A DNA stretch of 64,000 nt from an uncultured cyanobacterium (GTDB taxonomy: Bacteria > Cyanobacteriota > Cyanobacteriia > Cyanobacteriales > CAWCAG01): positions 256,001-320,000 of the forward strand of contig CAWCAG010000009.1 of assembly GCA_963793425.1 (NCBI GenBank). Direction: 5' to 3'. Both the position numbers and the translations under genes were made by a program. The stretch's first letter is position 1. Each line of letters opens with the position of its first letter. Under the pieces are notes generated by a model, which was given only the letters and a program-made list of their open reading frames with translations, made no database searches and was not told where the DNA came from. This document shows, in pieces, positions 20,710-31,273 of the stretch.

Positions 20710-21123
20710 ATGCAGAAACTTCATTTTTTGGGTTTAGCTGTTAGTTTATCTATGATTACTGGGGTAACATACACAACTTCTGCCCAGGCTCAAAGTTATT
20801 CTGATATCACAGGTACAAATATTTGGAATAACGTCGCCCCCATTAGTGGCGATGGTTCTCAGTTAGATCCTCAACTAGCAGAAAGAATTGATAGGTTGAA
20901 TCGCGAGTCCGCCGAAGCTTATCAAGAGTGTAACGCAGCTATTACCCTCGCTGAGCAGAATACTCCTTCTACCCGCCGTTATTCCCGGCAACCAAATAAT
21001 AATGTTGCCGTTCCTATTGCTTGTCGGCAATTAGAAACGTTGCGCGTAGAAATGGATGATTTGCGGTTTGCTTTAGCTAATCAGTCTGAATTAACTGCAA
21101 ATACTGACTTTTCTACTTGGTAA
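20710..21123 (+). CDS. Secreted hypothetical protein
   Basis: Signal peptide ending AQA, SDITGTNIWNN motif, two Cys. Confidence 0.7.
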   Translation: MQKLHFLGLAVSLSMITGVTYTTSAQAQSYSDITGTNIWNNVAPISGDGSQLDPQLAERIDRLNRESAEAYQECNAAITLAEQNTPSTRRYSRQPNNNVAVPIACRQLETLRVEMDDLRFALANQSELTANTDFSTW

Positions 21124-21155
21124 TTAGTAATGGCTAACTGAAGGAATATTTTGGC

Positions 21156-21788
21156 ATGATGAAAAAGAACAGTTCTAAAAACTATTCGTTGTTTTTAAGT
21201 GCGATCGCCACGGGGTTATTTGGCTTCTTCGCCACCCCAGCCCAAGGACAAGACTTCTTTTCTAATCAAAGTATTGAGTTTGCAGAAGATACTGTGGTTG
21301 AGTTTGAATTTATTCAATCCCACGGTTCTTATCAAGCTACTTTGGGCATTAAAGACGAAACCACCGGGGAAGAAACGGTATTATTTCGGGAAACTCAACC
21401 CTACGACGATTTCGGTTCTTTCACCACACAAAGAAGTTCTACCGGTAACAATGACCTCGGAACTAGTACAGATTTCGTCGGTACAGTAGAAGGCGGAACA
21501 GTTCAGAATCGCTTTAGCGAACAACTATTCAAAGCCGACCGCAAATACAGTTTCTTTTTGGAATCCGTTAGCCCCAGCGGACAAACAAGAAGAACAGTTG
21601 TTTCTACCCAAAACTTTGCCCGATTCAATGGTGGCTTAGATGGTGGTACGGTGGGGAATCAGACTGGTACACAACTAGCTTGGGAAGATGGGGGCCAAGT
21701 TGAGGTTGGTAATGATAGCGATTTTGATGATTTCGTGATTGAGGCTGGAGGTTATTTAATTGATATTGTTTGTCCGCCTTTTGAGTAA
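21156..21788 (+). CDS. Secreted protein with DUF4114-like C-terminus
   Basis: Signal peptide. VEFEFIQSHGSYQ and AWEDGG...DSDFDDFVI. Confidence 0.65.
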   Translation: MMKKNSSKNYSLFLSAIATGLFGFFATPAQGQDFFSNQSIEFAEDTVVEFEFIQSHGSYQATLGIKDETTGEETVLFRETQPYDDFGSFTTQRSSTGNNDLGTSTDFVGTVEGGTVQNRFSEQLFKADRKYSFFLESVSPSGQTRRTVVSTQNFARFNGGLDGGTVGNQTGTQLAWEDGGQVEVGNDSDFDDFVIEAGGYLIDIVCPPFE

Positions 21789-21810
21789 TTGCTAACTGCT
21801 AGTTGCAATA

Positions 21811-21873
21811 GTAGGGGCGGGTTTGAAATCAAATTGCGAGATCAACATTAAATTAAATAAACCCGCCCAAACC
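21811..21873. repeat. GTAG-type REP-like palindrome
   Basis: GTAGGGGCGGGTTT...AAACCCGCCC inverted repeat. Confidence 0.7.
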
Positions 21874-21884
21874 CAAAATCTTGC

Positions 21885-21941
21885 TACCGAAATATAGTGT
21901 CTTTTTCTAAAAAAAATCTCAAACAACACTACATATAGCGT
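21885..21941. promoter_or_regulatory. Tandem NrdR-box-like operators
   Basis: taccgaaatatagtgt (21885-21900, 11/16) and acactacatatagcgt (21926-21941, 14/16) versus consensus acaCwAtATaTwGtgt; 41-bp start-to-start spacing. Confidence 0.65.
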
Positions 21942-21963
21942 ATGATTTGTAAGTTCCCCATAC

Positions 21964-24960
21964 TTGAGTCAATTGTCCTTCGCCGTGAATCATCTACAGG
22001 AGTGGTCTGCAAGTTGTGTTGATGACCAACTTACTCGTCTTAATGTTATCTCTTTAGAGGGGGCGCAACCCTACGACTATCTTTTTTATTCTGAAGCTAT
22101 TCCCCGCAGAAATGATGGTCGGGTTAGTACTCAATTCCTGAAACGCTACGAACATACAGAAGAAGGAGGTTGGTGGTGTTCGGGAATTGATCTCCTTACT
22201 GGGCATGAGGATAACTGGGGTTGTTTTAAGCCGGAAAAGCCTCGTTACACCGCAGATCGGCAGAAGGTAATTAAATACGAACATCCCCCTAAAGCACCCA
22301 CCGGAGTCTTCGCTTTACGGGTTCCGCTTCATCTTTGGGAACGTATTGCCCATCGCTATCAACAAAAACTTTCTCCCCAAGAAATTGAAACTGGTTTTTG
22401 GCAATGGTTACAGAATCATCCCGAAATTCCTCTTTGTGTTACCGAAGGGGCCAAAAAAGCTGGGGCATTGCTTACGGCTGGTTATGCGGCGATCGCACTT
22501 CCAGGAATTAATGGGGGTTATCGAGTACCGAGGGATGATAGAGGTAGGAGGGTTGGTAAATCTTCACTTATTCCGCAACTCTTAGCCCTTGCTACTGCCG
22601 GAAGAGAGTTTTATCTCGTTTTTGACCAAGATTCTAAACCTCGCACCATTAAAGCTGTTGATGCGGCTATTCGCCGGACGGGTTATTTACTAACTCAGCA
22701 AGGTTGTCCTGTCAAGGTGGTAGTTTGGGAGCAAGAATTTGGTAAGGGAATTGATGATTTAATTGCTATTCGGGGTGAAGATTTTTTTGAGCAGATTTAT
22801 CAACAGGCGGCTTCTTTTGATTATTGGAAGGCAAGATCCTTAAATCGCTTAACCTATCAACCTTATTTCAAAGTTAATCAACGTTATTTACTACCTCTCG
22901 ATATTCCTGAAAATGCCAAGTTAGTTGCCCTAAAATCTGCGAAAGGAACAGGAAAAACTAAATTTTTAGAAGGTGTTGTTAAAGAGGCTTTAGAAAAGGG
23001 GCAGTGGGTTTTAGTTTTGGGGCATCGGGTACGCTTAGTAGAAGCCCTTTGTCAACGTTTTGGGCTGAATTATGTTACGGAAATCAAAGATTCTCAACAG
23101 GACTCCCTTTTAGGTTATGGTTTATGTGTAGACTCTCTTCACCCCAACTCCCAAGCCCAATTTAATGCCCATGATTGGGTCGATGGAGTAGTTATTATTG
23201 ATGAGGTGGAACAAGTCCTTTGGCACGCCCTCAACTCTAGTACCTGTAGCAGTAATCGGGTTGCCATTCTTAAATCATTGAAAACGTTGATGCAAAATGT
23301 TTTAGGAGGCGGGGGTCAAGTTTTTGTTACCGATGCTGACTTAAGTGACTTGGCTTTGGATTATTTAATTGCTTTAGGGGGAGTTGAGATCGAACCTGTG
23401 GTGATTACCAATACCTGGCAACCTGGCATTGAGGAAGCTTGGCAAGTTTATCATTACCCAGAAAGTAAGCCAAAAAGATTATTAAAAGACTTAGAAAAAC
23501 ATATTGCCGAAGGAGGAAAACCCTTTGTTTTTCTTTCTGCCCAAAAGTTAAAAAGTCAGTGGGGAACTTCTAATTTAGAGTCTTATTTACAAAAGCAGTT
23601 TCCTCATAAAAAGATTCTACGTTTAGATTCGGAATCTTTATTAGAACCCAGTCATCCCGCCTCTAATTGCATCACGAAATTAAACCAAGTTCTGCCCCAT
23701 TACGATATTGTTTTAGCTAGTCCGGTAATTGAAACTGGTATCAGTATTGAATTGCAAGGACATTTCACCTCAGTTTGGGCGATCGCCCAAGGAATACAAG
23801 CAGAAAACAGTGTCAGACAATCATTAGGACGCATTAGAGAAAATATCCCCCGCTATCTTTGGGTTGCCCCCTATGGTTTTAATCAAGTGGGGAACGGTTC
23901 AACTTCTATTCCTACTCTCCTTTCTTCTGGGCAACGGCTGACGCAACTTAATGTCCGTTTGTTGCAACAAACAGATTTTGCCTCCCTAGATGACTTGGAT
24001 ACAGGATTTCAAGCAGAATCATTAATGTGTTGGGCAAAAATGGCGGTGCGTTTTAATGCAGGAATGGTGCAATACCGAGAGACAATCTTAACTGCATTGC
24101 AAACAGAAGGGCATCACCTCCAAGAAGCGCCTCCTTCTGTGGTTAATAAAACCAAAAACACCACAAACTCTCTTACCGAGGCGATTACCGAAGTTAGGGA
24201 TCGTAACTATGAAGCGGAATGTCAAGGGATCGCCTTTGCCAAAGATATTAGCGATTCCACCTACAATACCCTCAAAAAACAACTAATCAAAACCCCATCT
24301 CAAAGGAGATCCCAACGCAAGCATGAACTGAAGTTGCGTTATGGCATCCCCGTCACAACTCCCCTAGTGATTAGGGATGATCAAGGTTGGTATCAAAAAA
24401 TTCGTCTCCATTACTTCCTTACTGTCGGAAAAGAACACCTAGCAGAAAGAGATAGGTTAGCGGCCCAAAGGTTAATTAATAGTGGTGAAGGGAGTATCTT
24501 TTTACCGGATTTCAACCGTTCTCAATTAGGGGCAACCATCGGTACAATGGAGATTCTGGGGATTCCTGTGTTGTTGGGGCCGAGGGGAAAGGAATTAAAA
24601 AACACCGATGCAGATTTACAAAAGATGGCACAACTGGCTTTAAGTAACCGTTCGGAAATCAAAACTTTGGTCGGTTTGGGATTAGCGAAAAACTCTAGTC
24701 CGATTATGATTATTCGACGCTTCTTAGATAAAATTGGTTATAGTTTGCAATATCTGCGTTGTGAAAGCCAAGGGAAAAAACGGATTAGGGTTTATCAAAT
24801 TAAAGAACCATTAGACAGTCGTTTTGAGGTGTTTAAGTATTGGTTTGCTGGGGAAGGATGTTACAAAAATCATCATTTAGCAGCAGATTTGTTTCCTTGT
24901 TTAAATAGTAGTGATTATCCTCAAGGAAGTAATCATGTTCAACTTTCTCTTGCTTTATGA
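21964..24960 (+). CDS. CyRepA1-family replication protein (DUF3854 TOPRIM-like primase + SF2 helicase)
   Basis: IKYEHPPK, VTEGAKKAG, FDQD, KGIDD, SAKGTGKT, IIDEVEQV and RQSLGRIR. Alternative GTG start at 21985. Confidence 0.88.
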   Translation: MSQLSFAVNHLQEWSASCVDDQLTRLNVISLEGAQPYDYLFYSEAIPRRNDGRVSTQFLKRYEHTEEGGWWCSGIDLLTGHEDNWGCFKPEKPRYTADRQKVIKYEHPPKAPTGVFALRVPLHLWERIAHRYQQKLSPQEIETGFWQWLQNHPEIPLCVTEGAKKAGALLTAGYAAIALPGINGGYRVPRDDRGRRVGKSSLIPQLLALATAGREFYLVFDQDSKPRTIKAVDAAIRRTGYLLTQQGCPVKVVVWEQEFGKGIDDLIAIRGEDFFEQIYQQAASFDYWKARSLNRLTYQPYFKVNQRYLLPLDIPENAKLVALKSAKGTGKTKFLEGVVKEALEKGQWVLVLGHRVRLVEALCQRFGLNYVTEIKDSQQDSLLGYGLCVDSLHPNSQAQFNAHDWVDGVVIIDEVEQVLWHALNSSTCSSNRVAILKSLKTLMQNVLGGGGQVFVTDADLSDLALDYLIALGGVEIEPVVITNTWQPGIEEAWQVYHYPESKPKRLLKDLEKHIAEGGKPFVFLSAQKLKSQWGTSNLESYLQKQFPHKKILRLDSESLLEPSHPASNCITKLNQVLPHYDIVLASPVIETGISIELQGHFTSVWAIAQGIQAENSVRQSLGRIRENIPRYLWVAPYGFNQVGNGSTSIPTLLSSGQRLTQLNVRLLQQTDFASLDDLDTGFQAESLMCWAKMAVRFNAGMVQYRETILTALQTEGHHLQEAPPSVVNKTKNTTNSLTEAITEVRDRNYEAECQGIAFAKDISDSTYNTLKKQLIKTPSQRRSQRKHELKLRYGIPVTTPLVIRDDQGWYQKIRLHYFLTVGKEHLAERDRLAAQRLINSGEGSIFLPDFNRSQLGATIGTMEILGIPVLLGPRGKELKNTDADLQKMAQLALSNRSEIKTLVGLGLAKNSSPIMIIRRFLDKIGYSLQYLRCESQGKKRIRVYQIKEPLDSRFEVFKYWFAGEGCYKNHHLAADLFPCLNSSDYPQGSNHVQLSLAL

Positions 24961-24968
24961 AAAGAAAG

Positions 24969-24995
24969 AAATAGGGTTTGTCTTGCCCTATTTTT
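24969..24995 (+). terminator. Putative intrinsic terminator
   Basis: AAATAGGG-loop-CCCTATTT followed by Ts, just after the CyRepA1 stop codon. Confidence 0.5.
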
Positions 24996-25040
24996 AAGCT
25001 AATGTTACGAAATATGAATCGATTTTTGCCGTTTTTTGCT

Positions 25041-25158
25041 ATTTTCCCCTTGACAAGGTAAAATTAATTTAGATAATCGGAATATTGATAACTTTTTGAA
25101 AAAGGGTATCTATTTCCCATTAGAAAATAATACTATTAAAGGTGAAAAGAATCAATAG
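25041..25158. repeat. Dispersed ~118-bp repeat, copy B
   Basis: TTTTCCCCTTGACAAGGTAAAATTAATTTAGATAATCGGAATAT...CTATTTCCCATT...AATCAATAG. Confidence 0.85.
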
Positions 25159-25227
25159 GAAGATTATTTTTATTCCTCCTGCTGTACCGTTGCTTTCTTT
25201 AATTATGGTTTTAATTTGAGGAGATAT

Positions 25228-25999
25228 CTAATTCATTGCTGACTGGAAATCGGCTTCTTGTTTGGTTAATTCCGCTTCTTTGGTTAAAAAACCTGCTTTT
25301 CCTTCACAACTTCCTTGAGATTCTACCATCGCTTCAGCATACTCAACCAATCTTTCCTTATCTTGGAACCTTTCTAACCGAATCCAATCAATACCAAAAC
25401 GAGCGCCTAAAATACCACCGCAAATAGGCGATGAGGGCAGCCACTGTGTAGGTGACAGCATAGGACAAAGCCCCTGCCCGTATATCAGCATGGGTGGTTA
25501 AACTAGCTTCCATAGTAGCTTGGGCTAAAACTTGGGGGTGATGCCAAAAAATGCCTCCTAAAGGTGCAACCCGCATCGCTGCCCCCATTCCAGCGGAAGC
25601 ACTGCCACTATGTTCAGGAAGATTGCCTTTTTTTAATCGATTTACAGCCCCTGAGAAGTTGCGGCCGTAACCTCGCCAAGTTCCTCTGGCCATTCCTTTG
25701 ACTAAAATATCAGCCCAAGCTGCTTTTGACCATTTCCCTTCTTCCAAACAAAGATTAATCAGTGCCAAAGCTTGTTGAGTATCATCAGAATGGAGTCCTA
25801 AAGGTCGGAGGCGCTTGAGCTTGTTAGAATTAAGTTTGTTGATTTGTTCTAAAGGATATTCTTGGGGTAATTCTTGATATTGACCATAAACAGTTTCTAT
25901 TTCCCAATCTCGCCACCCTTCTACCGGGCAACCGAGAATATCTCCCCAGGCTAAACCAAGGAGAGAACCTTTGATTCGTTGTTCTTGGCTTAGCAGCAT
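25228..25999 (-). pseudogene. ADP-ribosylglycohydrolase with internal deletion and frame change
   Basis: GSLLGLAWGDILG, SDDTQQ and GAAMRVAP motifs. It jumps near 25425 to C-terminal ICGGILGARFGIDWI in another frame; the DTDT motif region is absent. Confidence 0.8.
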
Positions 26000-26012
26000 T
26001 TGTTACCAACTA

Positions 26013-27335
26013 TCAAAAGTAGCGTGTTCCTGAATCTGTTTGGCTCAGTAATAAAATATCATCTAACATCTTAGTCATATATTCTACCTTAGTTTGAATG
26101 CGTGTTAGGTAGCGTTGCTTTTTTTCTTCATTCCATTGATTACCATAATGACTTAACAGTTCTGTCGCGCCGAGTATAGTGGTTAAAGGAGTGCGAAACT
26201 CGTGGGAAGTTGTCGTTACAAAACGAGTTTTTAGTTCATTGAGTTCCTTTTCTTTGGTTAGTGCTTTTTGTAATTCTTGTTCTGCTTGTTTACGTTCAGT
26301 AATATCAATCCCTACGAAGACGGCGGCTTGTCCTTGGCTGTACTTCCTAGAAACAATTAAATAAGTTACCAAACAATTGTTTTGTTCAATTTCTATCTCA
26401 ACAGAATCTTGTTGTAAAGAACAAGCAAAAAAGTGTTTTGTATACTCACTAAAGGGGGTGTAAGAATTAAAAACTTCAATGGGTTGGTTAATGAATTCTT
26501 CAGGAGTTGCCTGAGAAAGTTCTGCTAATTGTTGATTAACTCCTAAGTATTTTAAATCAGCACTAATCCAAGAAATACAACCCGGTACAGCATCCAAAAC
26601 GGCTTGTAATTGAGCATTGGTTTGTTGCCAGGCTTTTTCTACTTGATGGAAAATAATCGCTTCTTTATTTAATTCTGATTTTGTTGTTTCTAGGTCATCG
26701 GTGCGTTCTTTTAATAAAAGTTGTAAATCTTCATTGCGTTTCTTCAAAGAAGATTTAACTTGTTTACTTGCTACTAATTCTTGTTGCACATTTTCATAAA
26801 GCTCATGTTGTTCAACAGCAATTCCTAGTTGATCAGTAAAATGTTTGAGGTGATTAATCTTTTGCTGATTTCCTGGGCTATACTCTGATAAATTAGCTAG
26901 ACCTTCAAGCAAGTTGCTTTCTGTCATAACCCCTTGCAATTCTCCTTCACTTCCTACCACTACTAAATGGCTGATTTGCTGCTGAACCATTTCTTGATAA
27001 GCTTGCTCGATATGAGTAGAAGATTCTGTACAGAACAAAGAACTACTCATGATTGTTTGGGCTAATATTCGCTGTAAATTTTGTCCCCTGGCTATAAGTT
27101 GGAAAATATCTTGGCTAGTGATAATACCAATTGGTATAGTTAAACGAGAATCATTTGTTTCTGTGATAACCACGTAACCAACACTATTTTCTGCCATCTG
27201 CTGTACTATTTCCAACCCTAATGCCATTGCACTAGCTTGGATAATATCCGTTGTCATAAAATCAGATACTTGAGGTTGATTATTACAATTAGTCTCGATC
27301 ACAGAAAGAGAATTAGGCGGATTATTCAGATGCAT
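26013..27335 (-). pseudogene. CBS-PAS-HisKA sensor kinase, truncated (no HATPase; only a GAF tail remains)
   Basis: CBS pairs (PIGIITSQDI, LQGVMTE), GAF tail QLGIAVEQHELY, PAS ending DITERKQAE, H-box SHEFRTPL, then an early stop. Confidence 0.72.
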
Positions 27336-27546
27336 GATTGCTTATTCTTTGTGGTCTTACCAAAAAAGATGTAAGTTCTTATCTAAGCTATTAACAACTA
27401 TTATCTAAGGTCAATGTAGATTATTGTGTATACGTTTAGGGTTGATTTGAGCTTTTTTCTTAATAACTATTTTGGGCTGTAAAAAAGCACTTAAATTAGT
27501 AGAATTATTAAGCGAGTTTAGCCAATTAAAAAAACAAGTAAACCTG

Positions 27547-29310
27547 ATGTTTTTCAGTAAGAATATTTACTTAAGTGTTATTGATTCAAACAGAAAGAAG
27601 TTTTTCTGCTTAGTTGTGTTTTTCTGCCAACTTCTTCCTAATAGTAGCTTAGCCCAAGAAAGCGCTATCTATAGCTATGAAGACATATTTCATCCTGTGG
27701 TTAGTGAAAATGGCATGGTTGCTTCCCAAGAAGCCCTAGCTACTCAGGCAGGATTGCAAGTTTTGCAAGAAGGAGGAAATGCCGTTGATGCAGCAGTAAC
27801 TGTGGCTTTCACCTTAGCTGTCACTTTACCACGGGCAGGCAATATTGGGGGTGGGGGGTTTATGCTCGTTCATTTAAGTGAGGGCAACGAAACTATTGCC
27901 ATTGACTACCGGGAAAAAGCCCCCCAAGCAGCAACTAGAGATATGTTTCTTGATGCTGAGGGGGAAGTTGAGCAAGAAAAGTCGCGGTTTAGTCATTTGG
28001 CGGTAGGAGTACCGGGAACAGTTGCCGGGATGAGTTTAGCTCTAGAAAAGTATGGCACAATTTCTTTAGAGCGTGCCTTACAACCAGCTATTGAATTAGC
28101 AGAAAAAGGTTTTATAGTTGATGAGGATTTAAGCAACTCTTTATTGGGGATGAAAAAATATTTACAGTTGCATCCTGCTAGTCGAGAAATCTTTTTTAAA
28201 GAAGGAGAAGTTGCTTATAAAGTTGGGGATCTACTGGTACAAAAAGACCTTGCTAATAGCCTTAAGTTAATTGCTACTGAAGGGAAAGAAGCATTTTATC
28301 AAGGTACTATTGCTGATAAAATCGCGACTGAAATGGTAGAGAATGGGGGGTTAATTACTAAAGAAGATTTAGCCGCTTATGAACCAGTAATTCGCCAACC
28401 AATTAAGGGAAATTATCGCAGTTATCAAATTTATTCTATGCCTCCTCCTAGTTCAGGAGGAGTTCATTTAGTACAGATGTTAAATATCTTAGACAACTTC
28501 CCCATTGAAACATCAGGACATAATACTGCTCGAACAATTCATTTAATGGCGGAAACCATGAAATTTGCCTATGCAGATCGTTCTCGTTATTTAGGAGATA
28601 GCGATTTTGTTGATGTTCCCTTAGCTTGGTTAACTTCTCAAAGTTACGCCCGCCAGTTAGCAGCAAAAATTGATTTTAAGCAAGCAACTCCCAGCCAAAA
28701 TATTGCTCCCGGCAACCCTATTAGGCAAGAAAGTAACGACACCACCCATTATTCTATTGTTGATAGTTATGGCAACGCGGTATCTAATACTTATACCCTA
28801 AACTTTAGCTACGGTAGCGGTATTGTTGTGCCAGGGACAGGAATTTTATTAAACAATCAAATGGATGATTTTTCCGCTAAATCTGGAGTCCCTAACGCCT
28901 ATGGTTTAATTGGGGGAGAATTTAATGCCATTGAACCAGAAAAAAGAATGCTTAGTTCCATGACACCAACCATTGTTACCAAAGATGGTAAACCATTTTT
29001 AGTTACCGGTTCTCCTGGGGGAAGTCGCATCATTACCACCACTCTCCAAGTAATCATGAATGTGATTGACCACAAAATGAATATCGCCACAGCAACTAAT
29101 GCGGTAAGGGTTCATCATCAATGGCTACCAGACGAACTAAGAATAGAGCGGGGGTTAAACGAGGATACTATTAGTTTATTAAAAGAGAAAGGTCATGAAG
29201 TCAATGTTCAAGAGGCTATGGGAAGTACACAAAGTGTTATGAGCATAGAAGGTAAATTATACGGTGCTTCTGACCCTCGCAAACCAGGTGCTTTAACTTT
29301 AGGTTATTAA
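27547..29310 (+). CDS. ggt: Gamma-glutamyltransferase
   Basis: GGNAVDAAV, IDYREKAP, TTHYSIVD, NNQMDDF, SSMTPT and GSPGGSRI. Start position uncertain. Confidence 0.95.
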   Translation: MFFSKNIYLSVIDSNRKKFFCLVVFFCQLLPNSSLAQESAIYSYEDIFHPVVSENGMVASQEALATQAGLQVLQEGGNAVDAAVTVAFTLAVTLPRAGNIGGGGFMLVHLSEGNETIAIDYREKAPQAATRDMFLDAEGEVEQEKSRFSHLAVGVPGTVAGMSLALEKYGTISLERALQPAIELAEKGFIVDEDLSNSLLGMKKYLQLHPASREIFFKEGEVAYKVGDLLVQKDLANSLKLIATEGKEAFYQGTIADKIATEMVENGGLITKEDLAAYEPVIRQPIKGNYRSYQIYSMPPPSSGGVHLVQMLNILDNFPIETSGHNTARTIHLMAETMKFAYADRSRYLGDSDFVDVPLAWLTSQSYARQLAAKIDFKQATPSQNIAPGNPIRQESNDTTHYSIVDSYGNAVSNTYTLNFSYGSGIVVPGTGILLNNQMDDFSAKSGVPNAYGLIGGEFNAIEPEKRMLSSMTPTIVTKDGKPFLVTGSPGGSRIITTTLQVIMNVIDHKMNIATATNAVRVHHQWLPDELRIERGLNEDTISLLKEKGHEVNVQEAMGSTQSVMSIEGKLYGASDPRKPGALTLGY

Positions 29311-29392
29311 CTTAAATCCAAAAATTGGGTATATTGCCTCCTAGTTACTTCCTTATAAGCTGGCTCATTTATAATTTTCAGGAAAGCAAATA

Positions 29393-29869
29393 ATGTCGAA
29401 ACCTTTTAAATATCTTCTCGCTGTCTTAGCAGTAATTGCCGTTGGCTTAGGATTATGGCAAGTTTATAATATCTTTTTTGCTAATAGTGGTGGTGATGCT
29501 GAAGTAGTTACTGAACCTCCTGCGGGTGAAGCCCCGGTTGTGACAGAATCTCCTGCTGCTGCTGAGTCTCCTGCTGCTACAGGTGAATCTCCCGCAGAAA
29601 CAGAATCCCCGGCTGCCGCTGCCCCAGCAGATGCCCCAGCTTCAGAAGTTCCTTTCTATGATGCAGTGAAAAATGCCCAAGAAGCTGCTAGTTTAACTCA
29701 AACAGCACAAACTCAAGAAGAGTGGCAAGAAGTCGCAACCTCGTGGCAAGATGCGATCGCCTTGATGAAAGCTATCCCGGAAGGAGATACTAATTATGAA
29801 GTGGCACAGGAAAAAGTGGGAGAATATGAAGGCTATTTGCAATATGCTCAGAAGAATGCGGGGAATTAG
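29393..29869 (+). CDS. Membrane-anchored hypothetical protein
   Basis: N-terminal TM, Ala/Pro/Glu linker, and a helical domain (AQTQEEWQEVATSWQDAIALMKAIP) common in cyanobacteria. Confidence 0.75.
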   Translation: MSKPFKYLLAVLAVIAVGLGLWQVYNIFFANSGGDAEVVTEPPAGEAPVVTESPAAAESPAATGESPAETESPAAAAPADAPASEVPFYDAVKNAQEAASLTQTAQTQEEWQEVATSWQDAIALMKAIPEGDTNYEVAQEKVGEYEGYLQYAQKNAGN

Positions 29870-29970
29870 ATAATGGCTAATGGCTAATGGCTAATGGCTA
29901 GTTGTTTTCTCCCCAGCTCCCCAACTCCCCAGCTCCCCTTTCTAGCAAACATTCAATAGATTAAAAAAAG

Positions 29971-30975
29971 GTGCGATCGCCAACTTATACTCAAACCCCT
30001 TGGCAAGAAACTTACAGTGAAATCATTGATGTGCGTTCAGAAGGTGAGTTTAGAGAAGATCATTTTCCTGGGGCGATTAATTTACCTGTACTTAATAACT
30101 GCGAAAGGGAGAAGGTGGGAACCATCTATAAACAAAATTCTCCCTTTGCTGCCCGTAAAATTGGTGCTGCTTTAGTTACCCAAAATATGTCGGGCTACCT
30201 CAGCGATTATTTTGCTAACCAGGGGAAAGATTATCATCCCTTGATTTATTGTTGGCGTGGGGGACAACGTTCCTATAGTATGGCAATTATTTTGTCTCAA
30301 ATTGGCTGGCGTACCACCATAATTGAAGGGGGTTATAAAACCTATCGCGCCTATGTACGAGAACAACTTTCTCAACTGCCGCAAAAGTTTACCTACAAAG
30401 TTTTATGCGGCTTAACGGGTACGGGTAAGACTCATATTTTGCAAAATTTCGCCCATGAAGGTAGGCAAGTATTAGACTTAGAAGCGATCGCGAATCACCG
30501 TGGTTCATTATTAGGGGAAGCCTGGCTGGGGCAACCTCAATCTCAACCTTCCCAAAAACGTTTTGAATCTCTGCTGCTAGAAAAATTACAACAGTTTGAT
30601 CTACAAAAGCCAGTTTGGGTAGAATCAGAAAGCAACAAAATTGGCAAATGCCACTTACCTCCTGCCCTTTGGCAAATGATGAAGCGAGGAAGTTGTGTAG
30701 AAGTTCAATTACCCTTAGAAGCAAGAATTGATGGGTTGTTGCAAGAATATCCTCATTTAATCGCCAATCCTAACTTTTTAAAAGATAAACTCAAGATGTT
30801 AACATCCCGCTATGGTAAAGCAAAAATTACTCAGTGGTGTAACTTAATTGATCAGGGTAAGTGGCGAGAATTGGTAGGAGATTTATTAACCCATCATTAT
30901 GATCCTAGTTATCAGCGATCGCTCAACAAAACCTATTCATCATTAAACATTGAACATTTATCATTTATCATTTAA
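29971..30975 (+). CDS. mnmH: tRNA 2-selenouridine synthase
   Basis: Rhodanese IIDVRS..EF and YCWRGGQRS; P-loop GLTGTGKT; LDLEAIANHRGS. Confidence 0.93.
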   Translation: MRSPTYTQTPWQETYSEIIDVRSEGEFREDHFPGAINLPVLNNCEREKVGTIYKQNSPFAARKIGAALVTQNMSGYLSDYFANQGKDYHPLIYCWRGGQRSYSMAIILSQIGWRTTIIEGGYKTYRAYVREQLSQLPQKFTYKVLCGLTGTGKTHILQNFAHEGRQVLDLEAIANHRGSLLGEAWLGQPQSQPSQKRFESLLLEKLQQFDLQKPVWVESESNKIGKCHLPPALWQMMKRGSCVEVQLPLEARIDGLLQEYPHLIANPNFLKDKLKMLTSRYGKAKITQWCNLIDQGKWRELVGDLLTHHYDPSYQRSLNKTYSSLNIEHLSFII

Positions 30976-31146
30976 CAGATAGACATTGCATTCTCTATTC
31001 TTGCCCATAAACTACCAAGAAATTAATTTCTTGGCTAACAGCTAAAGTCATCTGAAGATGACTGGGAGGTTGATTCCTTGCTAGGCATTGGTGACAATTT
31101 AAGTAAAAGTCCAATCTGTCAAACCCCTGTCGTTAGATTCAGCAAC

Positions 31147-31273
31147 GTAGGGTGTGTTGGCGCTGCGAAAAATTATGGCAACTCTACCACAATCTTGATT
31201 CAGCGCTTAACGCACCGTCTTAGCTTTTTTGCTTCAAGATGGTGCGTTACGCTTGCAGCTAACGACACCCTAC
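31147..31273. repeat. Composite GTAG-type REP/REPIN-like element
   Basis: GTAGGGTGT...TAACGCACC...GGTGCGTTA...ACACCCTAC nested inverted repeats. A small palindrome AGTCATCTGAAGATGACT lies at ~31046. Confidence 0.75.

Noticed and set aside
21964..24960. CyRepA1 as evidence that the window is a plasmid or integrated plasmid
   Set aside because: It is surrounded by core chromosomal genes, with no integrase, par or conjugation genes and no att-like repeats seen
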